DNA of 64,000 bases from contig CAXXJJ010000004.1 in NCBI GenBank assembly GCA_963667015.2, positions 2,016,001-2,080,000 on the forward strand, in the 5' to 3' direction. Within the stretch, counting starts at the first letter, position 1. Each line of letters starts with the position of its first letter. The notes below the pieces were generated by a model, which was not told the origin of the DNA, ran no database searches, and saw nothing but the letters and a program-made list of their open reading frames with translations. This DNA comes from Desulfatiglandales bacterium (GTDB taxonomy: Bacteria; Desulfobacterota; DSM-4660; Desulfatiglandales; HGW-15). Positions 40,829 to 50,778 of the stretch are shown here, piece by piece. A program made the position numbers and the translations under genes.

Positions 40829-41605
40829 ATGGCTGAGATCTACATAGGGACATCAGGATATTACTATGAAGAGTGGAAAGGTCATTTCTATCCTCAAAAT
40901 CTCAACAAAAAAGACTTCCTCAAATATTACTCCGGGCATTTTAACATCCTGGAATTAAATTTCACATACTACAGGCTACCTGATGAGCATCAGATAAAAA
41001 AAATGATGGAAAAAACAGGCGACATATTCAGATTTGTAGTAAAGGCCTACAGAGGGATTACCCATGAGTTTACAGAAGAATCAATAAAGACAATACTTCC
41101 CAGATTCCTTAACGGGATAATGCCGCTGTATGAAAAAGAACGACTTGGGACTCTTCTTTTCCAGTTCCCTCAGAGTTTCCATTATGTTCCCCGTAATCGA
41201 ATCTACCTGAATGAACTGCTAAAAGCATCTCATCCATTTCCGGTATCAGTTGAATTCCGGAACAGAGACTGGCTGAAGGAAACTGTCTATACCGGGCTCA
41301 GTGAGCTATCGGCCGGTTTAGTATGTGTTGACGAACCTGACCTGCCTGACCTGCTACCATCTGATGTCCGTGTAACATCAGACATCGGCTATATAAGATT
41401 CCACGGACGGAATAAAAAAAACTGGTATGGAACCGACTCAACATCCAGATATGATTATCTGTACAGCGAGAAAGAGTTGAAGGAATGGCTGCCACGTATA
41501 AAGGATATCTCTGACCGGACAGAAAAACTTTTTATTTTTTTTAATAATCATGCAAAATCCCAGGCAGTAACAAATGCAAGAATGCTTATTAACCTGATAA
41601 AATGA
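40829..41605 (+). CDS. DUF72 (YecE) family protein
   Basis: IGTSGY, ELNFTYY, QFP.SF, VEFR, YIRFHGRN, YDYLYS, FFNNH. Confidence 0.93.
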   Translation: MAEIYIGTSGYYYEEWKGHFYPQNLNKKDFLKYYSGHFNILELNFTYYRLPDEHQIKKMMEKTGDIFRFVVKAYRGITHEFTEESIKTILPRFLNGIMPLYEKERLGTLLFQFPQSFHYVPRNRIYLNELLKASHPFPVSVEFRNRDWLKETVYTGLSELSAGLVCVDEPDLPDLLPSDVRVTSDIGYIRFHGRNKKNWYGTDSTSRYDYLYSEKELKEWLPRIKDISDRTEKLFIFFNNHAKSQAVTNARMLINLIK

Positions 41606-41807
41606 TGATTCCAGCAGAAAGTTCCTCAGATTTTTATCAATGATATTTACCTGGTTCAAACCAAATGGAAAACCAGTTTTATATTGACATGAGCCGCTTA
41701 TGTACCCTATGAAAGGGCGTGTTTTCCGATAAGTACCTTGCAGGCATAATGAAACATGCTTAAAACATTGGGTAAATTGGGAAGTATTTTAACTGTTGAG
41801 GTATGAG

Positions 41808-42863
41808 GTGGGTAGCGCTTTAAAATCCGTTTGCATTGTCAGGTTATCAGCATTGGGGGATGTAACCCATATGCTACCGGTTATCCATACCATGCAGACA
41901 CATCGGCCGGAAGTGAAGATCACCTGGGTAATAGGGAAGGTAGAACATAAGCTTTTAGGCCACCTTCCTGGTGTTGAGTTTATTGTATTCGACAAAAAAA
42001 AAGGACTTAAAGCATATCATCATATCAGACAACAATTGAAGAACCGTCATTTTGACGCACTGCTCCTTATGCAGGTAGCACTGCGCGCAAGTCTGCTTGG
42101 CTGGATCGTACATGCGGATCGAAAAATCGGTTATGACCGGGCACGTGCAAAAGATTTCCACAGTTTATTCATCCGAGAGCGGATTGCCTCCACGCCTCAA
42201 CAGCATGTTGTTGACTGTTTCTTAAGCTTTCTGGACAACCTGGGCATTTGCGAAAAGGAATACAAATGGCACCTGCCGGAGTTTCCGGGAGCCGGGAGAC
42301 TGGCACAGCAGGTCTTAACGCCTGGTACTCCCCGTATGATTATCAGCCCCTGCTCCAGTCACGAACTCAGAAACTGGCATGCAGAAGGCTACGCTGCTCT
42401 GGCGGACCACGCAGCCGAGCAACATGGTATGCAGGTAATCATCTGCGGTGGATCATCTCCTGTAGAATACCTTATGGCGGATGAGATAATCCGTTTTTGC
42501 CAAACATCAGAGCCGGTGAACCTGGTGGGCAAGGATACATTTGGAGAGTACCTTGAGCTGCTGCGCAAGGCAACGGTTCTTGTTACCCCGGACTCGGGCC
42601 CTATGCACATGGCCGCCATCACCGACACGCCGGTGATAGGTCTTCATGCAGCCTCCAATCCGCTGCGTTCCGGCCCCTATAAGAGTCTTGAATGGTGCGT
42701 AAACCGGTATGACCAGGCATCTATTAAATACCTTGGAAAACCGTCTGATCAGATAAGATGGGGAACCAAGATTGAAAAACAGGGTGTTATGGATCTGGTC
42801 AAAATTTCCCAGGTTACAGACAGGCTTGATGTACTGATGAATAGATTAAAGACAAAGGAGTAA
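41808..42863 (+). CDS. Glycosyltransferase family 9 (LPS heptosyltransferase-like)
   Basis: VRLSALGDV, DSGPMHMAA, PVIGLH; start GTG 41808 (SD GAGGT) or TTG 41796. Confidence 0.9.
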   Translation: MGSALKSVCIVRLSALGDVTHMLPVIHTMQTHRPEVKITWVIGKVEHKLLGHLPGVEFIVFDKKKGLKAYHHIRQQLKNRHFDALLLMQVALRASLLGWIVHADRKIGYDRARAKDFHSLFIRERIASTPQQHVVDCFLSFLDNLGICEKEYKWHLPEFPGAGRLAQQVLTPGTPRMIISPCSSHELRNWHAEGYAALADHAAEQHGMQVIICGGSSPVEYLMADEIIRFCQTSEPVNLVGKDTFGEYLELLRKATVLVTPDSGPMHMAAITDTPVIGLHAASNPLRSGPYKSLEWCVNRYDQASIKYLGKPSDQIRWGTKIEKQGVMDLVKISQVTDRLDVLMNRLKTKE

Positions 42864-42870
42864 AACATAG

Positions 42871-43272
42871 ATGTCCCAGATTAATGTCCCTATTTCACCG
42901 GGTGAACTGATCGACAAGATTACCATCCTGGAAATAAAAATGGAACGAATGGATGATCAGGAAAAACTTTTTAATGTAAAAACCGAACTGGACCTGCTCG
43001 AAAAGGTATGGGAACAGTCAGCATACACCGCGGCAGAAATGGTCAGTGAAAAACGTGCTGAACTCAAATCTATCAATGAGAAATTATGGGTCATTGAGGA
43101 TGATCTTCGTCTAAAAGAGTCAAAAGCCGAATTTGACAGTGAATTCGTTGAACTGGCCCGTTCAGTATATTTTACAAATGATCACCGGGCCCGGGTTAAA
43201 AAAGAGATAAACATAGGGGTCGGTTCGGACCTGGTGGAAGAAAAATCATACCAGGATTATGGACAAAAATAA
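42871..43272 (+). CDS. DUF6165-like protein
   Basis: PISPGELIDKITILEIK, INEKLWVIED, ARSVY..ND.RA..K..IN, EEKSY. Confidence 0.8.
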   Translation: MSQINVPISPGELIDKITILEIKMERMDDQEKLFNVKTELDLLEKVWEQSAYTAAEMVSEKRAELKSINEKLWVIEDDLRLKESKAEFDSEFVELARSVYFTNDHRARVKKEINIGVGSDLVEEKSYQDYGQK

Positions 43273-43283
43273 CTCCTGACAGT

Positions 43284-43318
43284 AAAAATCGGGTTGGGGA
43301 TAAAACACCAACCCGATT
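43284..43318 (-). terminator. Intrinsic terminator of ahcY
   Basis: AATCGGGTTGG...CCAACCCGATT 11-bp stem, A-tract on the left. Confidence 0.75.
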
Positions 43319-43332
43319 CATATATTATTTTA

Positions 43333-44757
43333 TTAATATCTGTAATGTTCCGGTTTATAAGGCCCTTCAACCGACACGCCTAAATAATCCGCCTGTTCCT
43401 GTGTTAATTTTGTAAGTTTTACACCAAGTCTACCAAGATGCAGCCTTGCAACCTCTTCATCAAGTGACTTGGGAAGAGTATACACCTTTTTCTCATGCGG
43501 TTTGCCGGCAAGTTCAATCTGTGCCAGTGTCTGGTTTGTAAAACTGTTACTCATAACAAAACTTGGATGCCCGGTTGCGCAACCAAGGTTTACAAGACGC
43601 CCTTCGGCCAGCACAATTACTGACCTGCCTGATTTCAGTGTCCATTTATCCACCTGCGGCTTGATATTCATTTTTGTACATTCAGGAGTCTTATCAAGAT
43701 ATGCCATATCAATTTCATTATCAAAATGACCTATATTACAGATAATGGCTTCATCTTTCATCTGCTCCATATGGGCACCTGTAATAACTTTATAACACCC
43801 GGTTGCAGTAACAAAAATATCTCCCATTTCTGTAGCGTCTTCCATTGTAACCACTTCATAACCTTCCATCGATGCCTGAAGCGCACATATGGGATCGACC
43901 TCTGTTATAAGTATCCTTGCGCCATATCCTTTCATGGATGCAGCACAACCTTTCCCAACGTCTCCATATCCACAAACAACCACGATCTTTCCTGCAAGCA
44001 TAATATCGGTTGCACGTTTGATACCATCAGCAAGTGATTCCCGGCAGCCATAGAGGTTATCAAATTTTGATTTGGTTACAGAATCATTTACATTGATAGC
44101 AGGGAAAAGTAATTCACCTTTTCCGGCCAGATGATAGAGTCTGTGAACACCTGTAGTAGTTTCTTCTGATACGCCTTTTATCTTTTCAGCGACCTTGTGC
44201 CAGTGCTGAGGATCTTTTTCATAGGTTACCTTCAGCCTATCCATAAGACATTTCATATCAGCATTATCATAGGTTTTATCGAGGAGAGAAGGATCATCCT
44301 CCACCTTTACACCCTGATGAACAAAGAGAGTCGCATCTCCGCCATCATCAACAATAAGGTCCGGACCACTGCCATCTGGCCAGGTCAATGCCATTTCAGT
44401 ACACCACCAGAACTCTTCAAGTGTCTCTCCTTTCCAGGCAAATACTGAGGCAGTGCCTTTATCTGCAATAGCAGCTGCTGCATGATCCTGTGTAGAAAAA
44501 ATATTACAGGTCGCCCATCTCAGATCCGCACCCAGGGCTGCAAGGGTATCAATCAGCATGGCCGTCTGGATTGTCATGTGAAGACTGCCCATGATTTTCA
44601 GACCTTTCAAAGGCTTATCTTTCCCGTATTTTTCCCTGCATGCCATAAGGCCTGGCATTTCTCTTTCGGATAACTGCATATCTTTATGTCCATACTCGGC
44701 AAGAGACATATCAGCCACTTTATTTTTTAATGTTAGATCCAGTTCTTCAAAACTCAT
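43333..44757 (-). CDS. ahcY: S-adenosylhomocysteine hydrolase
   Basis: [49 protein letters not shown]. Confidence 0.98.
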   Translation of the reverse strand: MSFEELDLTLKNKVADMSLAEYGHKDMQLSEREMPGLMACREKYGKDKPLKGLKIMGSLHMTIQTAMLIDTLAALGADLRWATCNIFSTQDHAAAAIADKGTASVFAWKGETLEEFWWCTEMALTWPDGSGPDLIVDDGGDATLFVHQGVKVEDDPSLLDKTYDNADMKCLMDRLKVTYEKDPQHWHKVAEKIKGVSEETTTGVHRLYHLAGKGELLFPAINVNDSVTKSKFDNLYGCRESLADGIKRATDIMLAGKIVVVCGYGDVGKGCAASMKGYGARILITEVDPICALQASMEGYEVVTMEDATEMGDIFVTATGCYKVITGAHMEQMKDEAIICNIGHFDNEIDMAYLDKTPECTKMNIKPQVDKWTLKSGRSVIVLAEGRLVNLGCATGHPSFVMSNSFTNQTLAQIELAGKPHEKKVYTLPKSLDEEVARLHLGRLGVKLTKLTQEQADYLGVSVEGPYKPEHYRY

Positions 44758-44782
44758 TTTTTTCTCCTTTATGTTAATATAT

Positions 44783-45697
44783 TTATATTTTTTCAGATTT
44801 ATAAATATTCAGCTTCAGTGATTTATTCATTGGGAATGATTCAAAAGCAGTCAGTGAGAACCCGTTAACAGAAAGAAAAGCTTCAATCTCTTCCTTTGAA
44901 AAGCCCAGCCATCGGTCTCCGTATTTATCTCTCATAATCTCATCGGCATGTTTTTCAAAATCAGCAATAATAAAGTTCCCTTTTTTATCCAAAATCCTTG
45001 ATGCCTCGGCGATTGCTTTCCCAGGGTTGGATAAGTGATGAAGAGCCATGGAAACAATCACACAATCGGCTTCATTATTTCCAATAGGAAGATGCTCAAG
45101 TTCCCCCAGACGCAATTTCACATGGCCGTTTTCTTCTTTAAACAGTTTCCTTGCCTGCTCAAGCATTACAGGTGAGGAGTCCACTCCTACAGTTACTACA
45201 GCAAAATCCTTTAAATGATAAAGCAACCTGCCTGTTCCACAACCCATATCAACCGCAAAATTACATTTATCAACATGTTTTAAAATGGCACTGTTCAGAT
45301 CAAAACCTCCCATAATCTGCTGCTGCAAATAGTCCCATTCATGGGCAATCCTGTTAAAAAACTGTTTCGATTTCTTTTTGCGGTCATTCATGACAGTATC
45401 CGCGTTTTTTAAATCCTCTGCGAATTCAGACTCATCATGAAAAAGAAACCGAATGGCTTCAGAAAATTCCTTTTCCTTCCCCTTTTTTGAAACCGAGTAA
45501 AATGCCCAGATACCATCTCTTCTGCATTGAAGAAGCCCGGAATCGGTCAATATCTTTAGATGCCTCGATATCCTTGACTGCCCCATATCCATAATAGATA
45601 CAAGTTCATTAACACTCAGTTCATTCTTAAGAAGAATATTAAATAACCTGAGCCTTGTTTCATCTGCCAGTGCTTTAAAATAAATTAAACTTTCCAT
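44783..45697 (-). CDS. sahR: SahR: ArsR-HTH + SAM-binding methyltransferase-like regulator
   Basis: [29 protein letters not shown]; directly upstream of ahcY. Confidence 0.88.
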   Translation of the reverse strand: MESLIYFKALADETRLRLFNILLKNELSVNELVSIMDMGQSRISRHLKILTDSGLLQCRRDGIWAFYSVSKKGKEKEFSEAIRFLFHDESEFAEDLKNADTVMNDRKKKSKQFFNRIAHEWDYLQQQIMGGFDLNSAILKHVDKCNFAVDMGCGTGRLLYHLKDFAVVTVGVDSSPVMLEQARKLFKEENGHVKLRLGELEHLPIGNNEADCVIVSMALHHLSNPGKAIAEASRILDKKGNFIIADFEKHADEIMRDKYGDRWLGFSKEEIEAFLSVNGFSLTAFESFPMNKSLKLNIYKSEKI

Positions 45698-45703
45698 ATT
45701 TAT

Positions 45704-45755
45704 ATATCTATATATCTTGATATACGGATTATATAGATTTTTTATAATGTGTCAA
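45704..45755 (-). promoter_or_regulatory. sigma70 promoter of sahR-ahcY with overlapping SahR operator
   Basis: TTGACA(45755-50)-N16-TATAAT(45733-28); ATATCAAGATATATAGATAT (45723-04) matches a perfect palindrome at 18/20. Confidence 0.8.
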
Positions 45756-45942
45756 GGTTTAAATATTCATTAATCATGGAATAATATGCCGCACCCTTCG
45801 GATTTCAGTGATATGAATAATATTACTTTGACGGTAATAAAATGATGGAACAATCTGTAATTATGAAAGGAATCAAAAGGTAGAAAGCCGTTAAATTGGG
45901 TCAATTGAAGTCTAATTTCGTAAGAACTCAACTTGAAATACA

Positions 45943-46005
45943 AAGACGCCAAGTTCGCAAAGTTTTTAATTAATCACATGTTTTTCTTCGCGTACTTCGC
46001 GTCTT
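45943..46005. repeat. Imperfect inverted repeat built from CGCNAAG units
   Basis: AAGACGCCAAGTTCGCAAAG vs reverse complement AAGACGCGAAGTACGCGAAG (17/20). Confidence 0.75.
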
Positions 46006-46018
46006 CACGGTTCAGGTT

Positions 46019-47182
46019 TTATTTTACTGCCTTTTTGAGAACATCAACCATATCGGTTTTTTCCCAGGACAGTTCAGGCAACTCTCTTCCAAAATGTCCG
46101 TAGTTACTGGTTTTGCGATAGATGGGTCGTAACAGATCAAGTTTTTCAATTATGGCAGCCGGCCTCAGATCAAATTCCTTTTTAACAATCTTTGTAAGCT
46201 CAGCGCTTGGAACTATACCGGTACTGTAGGCTCCAACAAGAACTGATACCGGTTCGGCCCTGCCTATTGTATAGGCAACCTGGATTTCACACTTCTCTGC
46301 CAGGCCTGCTGCAACAATATTTTTTGCAATATAACGGCACATATATGATGCGCTTCTGTCTACCTTGGATGGATCCTTACCTGAAAATGCACCGCCGCCG
46401 TGGTAGCCAAAGCCACCATAGGTATCCATTATTATTTTTCTTCCTGTAAGACCACAGTCGCCCATTGGGCCGCCAACGACAAACCTTCCTGTTGTATTGA
46501 TAAAGAACTGGGTTTCTTTGGTCAGCATTTCCGCAGGAATAACCTTTTTAATTACCTCTTCGATTATGGCTTCTCTCAGTGTATCATAGTCAACGTCCGG
46601 TTCATGCTGAGCTGCAATTACAACAGTATGAGCACTGGTGGGCTTACCGTCAACATACTGGACAGTTACCTGGCCTTTGCCATCAGGCCTCAGCCATGGA
46701 AGCTTGCCGGATTTGCGAACATGGGTGAGTCGCGCTGTAAGTCCGTGTGCGAGATAAATCGGCATGGGCATATAGGTTGCCGTCTCTTTACAGGCAAACC
46801 CGAACATGAGCCCCTGATCCCCTGCGCCCTGCTCCTTGAAAAGCCCGTTTCCATCGACCCCTACCGCTATATCCGGGCTCTGCTTGTCTATTGAGGATAA
46901 TACCGCGCATGTCTCATAATCAAATCCCATTGCAGAATTTGTATAACCAATACTCTTTATGGTATCCCTTACAACCTCGGGCATATCGACATATGCGTTT
47001 GTGGTTATTTCACCGGCGATCATTGCCATTCCGGTTGTTACCAGGGTTTCACATGCTACCCTTGAATATTTATCCTGCTCTAAAATCTTATCCAGTATGT
47101 GGTCCGAAATCTGATCAGCTACCTTGTCAGGATGACCTTCGGTAACGGATTCCGATGTAAAAAGAAAATTTGCCTTTTTCAT
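46019..47182 (-). CDS. metK: S-adenosylmethionine synthetase
   Basis: [38 protein letters not shown]. Confidence 0.99.
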   Translation of the reverse strand: MKKANFLFTSESVTEGHPDKVADQISDHILDKILEQDKYSRVACETLVTTGMAMIAGEITTNAYVDMPEVVRDTIKSIGYTNSAMGFDYETCAVLSSIDKQSPDIAVGVDGNGLFKEQGAGDQGLMFGFACKETATYMPMPIYLAHGLTARLTHVRKSGKLPWLRPDGKGQVTVQYVDGKPTSAHTVVIAAQHEPDVDYDTLREAIIEEVIKKVIPAEMLTKETQFFINTTGRFVVGGPMGDCGLTGRKIIMDTYGGFGYHGGGAFSGKDPSKVDRSASYMCRYIAKNIVAAGLAEKCEIQVAYTIGRAEPVSVLVGAYSTGIVPSAELTKIVKKEFDLRPAAIIEKLDLLRPIYRKTSNYGHFGRELPELSWEKTDMVDVLKKAVK

Positions 47183-47222
47183 CAGTTACTCCTTTCATAT
47201 ATATGTAATGAGAAATAAATCA

Positions 47223-48095
47223 TTAGTGGTTATCTGCAATTATCACGCAGTTATCTATGAGTCTTGTGGTTCCGACTTTTACAGCCAGCGCAAGAAGGCT
47301 TCTGGTCTTAAGGGTATCAATATCCTCCAGGGTATCAGGATCACAGATATTGATATATTCAACACCTGTAAAGGGAAAGGACAAAATTAAATCCCTTATT
47401 GAAGTTATTATTTTAGCACTGTTCGACTCTCCTTCACCAGCCATTCTGACCGCCATGTCAATCGACTTCTTTATACAAAGAGCTGATTTTCTTTCCTCGG
47501 GATTTAAATACTTGTTTCTGGAACTCATGGCCAGCCCATCGGGCTCCCTGACTATGGGAACCTCTATTATATCAATATCAATGTTAAGATCTTTAGCCAT
47601 TCGCTTAATAACAGCAAGCTGCTGGAAGTCTTTCTGGCCAAAAAGAGCAAAGTGAGGTTTGATTATATTGAACAGTTTGGCGACAACAGTGGTCACTCCT
47701 TCGAAATGACCGGGACGGGATCTACCGCAAAGGAAGTCTGTAATAGTCTTTACGGTCACACTGCTCTGGAAGCCATCAGGATACATTTCCTCCGGCGAAG
47801 GTAAAAATACTATGTCCGCGCCTTCACCCTCTGCCTTCTTTATATCCCCTTCAATATCCCTGGGATATTTATCAAGATCCTCATTGGGCCCGAATTGGGT
47901 TGGATTCACAAAAAGGCTCATCACAAGAACATCTGCATGTTTGCGCCCCTGTCTTATCAACTCAAGGTGTCCTTCATGCAAAAAACCGAGGGTAGGAAAA
48001 AGACCAATTTTTTTACCCGAAAGCCTAATTTCCTCGGCCTCTTCCTGCATTCTGTTAACCGTTTCAATAATTTCTATTTTTCTATTTTTATTCAT
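47223..48095 (-). CDS. panC: Pantoate--beta-alanine ligase
   Basis: PTLGFLHEGH, FVNPTQF, RPGHFEGV, FGQKD, GLAMSSRN, RLIDN. Confidence 0.97.
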   Translation of the reverse strand: MNKNRKIEIIETVNRMQEEAEEIRLSGKKIGLFPTLGFLHEGHLELIRQGRKHADVLVMSLFVNPTQFGPNEDLDKYPRDIEGDIKKAEGEGADIVFLPSPEEMYPDGFQSSVTVKTITDFLCGRSRPGHFEGVTTVVAKLFNIIKPHFALFGQKDFQQLAVIKRMAKDLNIDIDIIEVPIVREPDGLAMSSRNKYLNPEERKSALCIKKSIDMAVRMAGEGESNSAKIITSIRDLILSFPFTGVEYINICDPDTLEDIDTLKTRSLLALAVKVGTTRLIDNCVIIADNH

Positions 48096-48101
48096 AGCTG
48101 A

Positions 48102-48740
48102 CTATCTTGAACTGACTGGCACATAATACTGAACGCCTGACTTAATCTGTTCTATTTGATTTACCAGGTCTTCAAAATCTTCCTTTATATTAACAAAATC
48201 TATTTCAGATGCATTCACTACAAGCAAAGGTGATTCGGAATAGTGGAAGAAATAATCATTAAATGCCTGATTAATCTGATCCAGATATTTTATATTTATG
48301 GATTTTTCATACTCAGCTTTTCTTTTCTTTATTCGTTCAACCAGGACTTCTGTCTTTGCCTGAAGAAAGACTACCAGATCAGGCGGCTTTATTCTCTTTT
48401 TTAGTATCTGGAACAACTGGTCATACAGCCAGAATTCACTGTCATCAAGGTTGGCTTTTGCATATATTCTGTCTTTATCTAAAAGAAAATCACTAATTAT
48501 TACTTTTTTAAAAAGATCCAGCTGAGCAAGGTCAAGGGAATGCTGATAACGTCTCATCAGAAAAAACATCTGGATCTGAAACCTGAAACGTTTAGGATCC
48601 TTATAAAATTTTTCCAGGAAAGGGTTGTCCTCTGTATGCTCCAGGAGTTCCTGACCATTAATATGCTCAGCAAGTTTTCTTGCAAGACTGGTCTTCCCTA
48701 CCCCCAGAGCCCCTTCTATTACAATATGATGGTGATTAAT
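48102..48740 (-). CDS. Deoxynucleoside kinase (dNK family), non-canonical start (probably ATT)
   Basis: Extending the listed ORF upstream in frame gives HIVIEGALGVGKTSLA (P-loop) and DNPFLEKFY..FQIQMFFL; ~212 aa. Confidence 0.88.
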   Translation of the reverse strand: MNHHHIVIEGALGVGKTSLARKLAEHINGQELLEHTEDNPFLEKFYKDPKRFRFQIQMFFLMRRYQHSLDLAQLDLFKKVIISDFLLDKDRIYAKANLDDSEFWLYDQLFQILKKRIKPPDLVVFLQAKTEVLVERIKKRKAEYEKSINIKYLDQINQAFNDYFFHYSESPLLVVNASEIDFVNIKEDFEDLVNQIEQIKSGVQYYVPVSSR

Positions 48741-48995
48741 TGCCGTTCCCTTTGATTAAAATATGAATACACAATAAAATATGTGATAAAACAGTGTCAA
48801 ATAACATTGGCAACCTTATTTGTCAAGAAAGCTTAACTCACTAAAAATATTGATTTTACTTTATATTTACGGCAATTATCCAGAAACTGGAAATTATCTT
48901 GACAAGGTCAGGAATACCAATTATTACGCACTCAAACCCTAAATATCAGGAATAATTAAATAACACGGCATTTATGCCAGAAGGACAGCATTTAA

Positions 48996-49505
48996 ATGAC
49001 AGACAAACCAGGGAAATGGTACGCTGTTCATACAAGAAGCAGGTTTGAACAGAAGGTATATGATGGTATCCAGGGAAAATCAATAGAGGTTTTTCTCCCT
49101 AAGATTCAGGTAATAAGCAGGAGAAAGGACAGAAGAAAAAAGATACTGGTTCCGCTGATACCAGGCTATGTTTTTGTAAACACTGCACTTGATCCGGAAG
49201 AATATCTTAGCATTCTCAAAACAGTCGGAGTCGTTCAGCTTGTCGGATTTAAAGGAAAACCGGTGCCGGCCAATGATGAGGAAATCGAATCTCTTATGAT
49301 TTTAAACGGTACTGACCGGACAGTACAGAACAGAACCTATATGAAAACAGGTGACAGGATAAGGATAATGGACGGCCCTTTAAAGAACCTTACAGGTTTT
49401 TACCTTCGGCACAAGGGACAGGGTGACAGGGTCGTTGTATCGATCGAGTTACTGAATAGATCAATGGAGATTGACATTGAAGACTGGGCACTTGAAAAAC
49501 TTTAA
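48996..49505 (+). CDS. NusG paralogue (UpxY/RfaH/LoaP-like antiterminator)
   Basis: WYAVHTRSRFEQKV, PLIPGYVFV (NGN), GDRIRIMDGP (KOW). Confidence 0.88.
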   Translation: MTDKPGKWYAVHTRSRFEQKVYDGIQGKSIEVFLPKIQVISRRKDRRKKILVPLIPGYVFVNTALDPEEYLSILKTVGVVQLVGFKGKPVPANDEEIESLMILNGTDRTVQNRTYMKTGDRIRIMDGPLKNLTGFYLRHKGQGDRVVVSIELLNRSMEIDIEDWALEKL

Positions 49506-49597
49506 TGATACCCTAAAAATCTTTTTCTAACTCCAGTGTGAAGAATTTAATTTTCGTGAATATTAATAAAACAATAACAGGTTTCGGCATTCGATAG

Positions 49598-50656
49598 ATG
49601 AAGGTAATAACAAAATACATTTTGAAACAGATAATAAAAGTATTTTTGCTGTGCCATCTTATCTTTATCCTCTTGTATCTCATAGCCGATTTTATACAGA
49701 AAGTTGATGATTTTGTCGTCGCAGGAGTATCAGTAACGACAACACTGCAGTTTGTAATATGCAGGATACCAACCATGATGGTGCAGATTATCACTCCTGC
49801 CGCTACATTGATCTCCATTATTGTTGTTATATGTCAGATGAAAAAAAACAAGGAAATTATGGCGATGAAGGCCTGCGGACTGGATCTTCACAAGGTTTTT
49901 CAGCCGGTAATTGTATTTTCGATAATAACAAGCATATTCACCTTATTTTTAGCAGAAGAGGTTGTCCCATATACAAACGCAAGAAGTACGGAGATACAGC
50001 AAGTTGAGGTCAGAAAGCGGCCACAGGCAAGCTTCCAGGAATGGTACAAATCAAATAAAAACATTTACTGGATAAAACATTTTGATATTGAAACAAAAAC
50101 CATAGATGATCCGGTTTTCTATTTTTTTGATGATAATTTCAACCTGATAAAGAAAATCAGTGGCAAATCATGCAGATGGGTGAATGGAGAATGGGAGATC
50201 AAAGATGCAAAGATCCAGACTATGGAAAATGGTAAAATTCCCCCGGAGCCACGTTATATCCTTGATATACCGGAAACACCGGAGACGTTTATCAGCAAAA
50301 TGAGAAAACCTGACGATATGAATTATGCAGAGCTAAAAAGACGCGCTAAAAAATACAGGGCACAGGGCTATGACAATACTACAGACCTGGTTAATCTTTA
50401 TATGAAACTTTCATACCCGTTTATGGGGGTTGTTTTTGCACTTATCGCTATTCCATTAGGATTATGGGAAAAAATTAAAGGAATTCCTCTCTCAATCACA
50501 CTCGGCATGCTGACCGTCTTCCTTCTGTTTGTAACGATGGGAATCGCAAAGGCGCTTGGATCTAATGGGACATTACCACCAATTCTGGCAGCATGGACCG
50601 CAAATATCCTGTTTTCATTTTCAGGAATATATCTATTGATGAGCATTAAAAAATAA
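49598..50656 (+). CDS. lptG: LPS export permease LptF/LptG family
   Basis: KYILK, 3+3 TMs, EIMAMKACG, KLSYPF, LPPILAAW. Confidence 0.75.
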   Translation: MKVITKYILKQIIKVFLLCHLIFILLYLIADFIQKVDDFVVAGVSVTTTLQFVICRIPTMMVQIITPAATLISIIVVICQMKKNKEIMAMKACGLDLHKVFQPVIVFSIITSIFTLFLAEEVVPYTNARSTEIQQVEVRKRPQASFQEWYKSNKNIYWIKHFDIETKTIDDPVFYFFDDNFNLIKKISGKSCRWVNGEWEIKDAKIQTMENGKIPPEPRYILDIPETPETFISKMRKPDDMNYAELKRRAKKYRAQGYDNTTDLVNLYMKLSYPFMGVVFALIAIPLGLWEKIKGIPLSITLGMLTVFLLFVTMGIAKALGSNGTLPPILAAWTANILFSFSGIYLLMSIKK

Positions 50657-50778
50657 ATTTCTATACCTGCATTTTGCCATCATTGACATTTACCCTTTTT
50701 TAAAATAGTGCTATTGATCTTAAGCCAAAAACAGAAGTGATAAATCTTGTGGCTTTATAAAGGAGACTCGCTGTTCAT

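Noticed and set aside
41806..41819. ops-like GGTGGGTAGCGC at the GT9 start
   Set aside because: Only GGTAGCG matches; it is coding sequence with no JUMPStart context
45770..45952. 60-aa ORF between metK and sahR
   Set aside because: TTG start lies inside the repeat element; no SD and no motif
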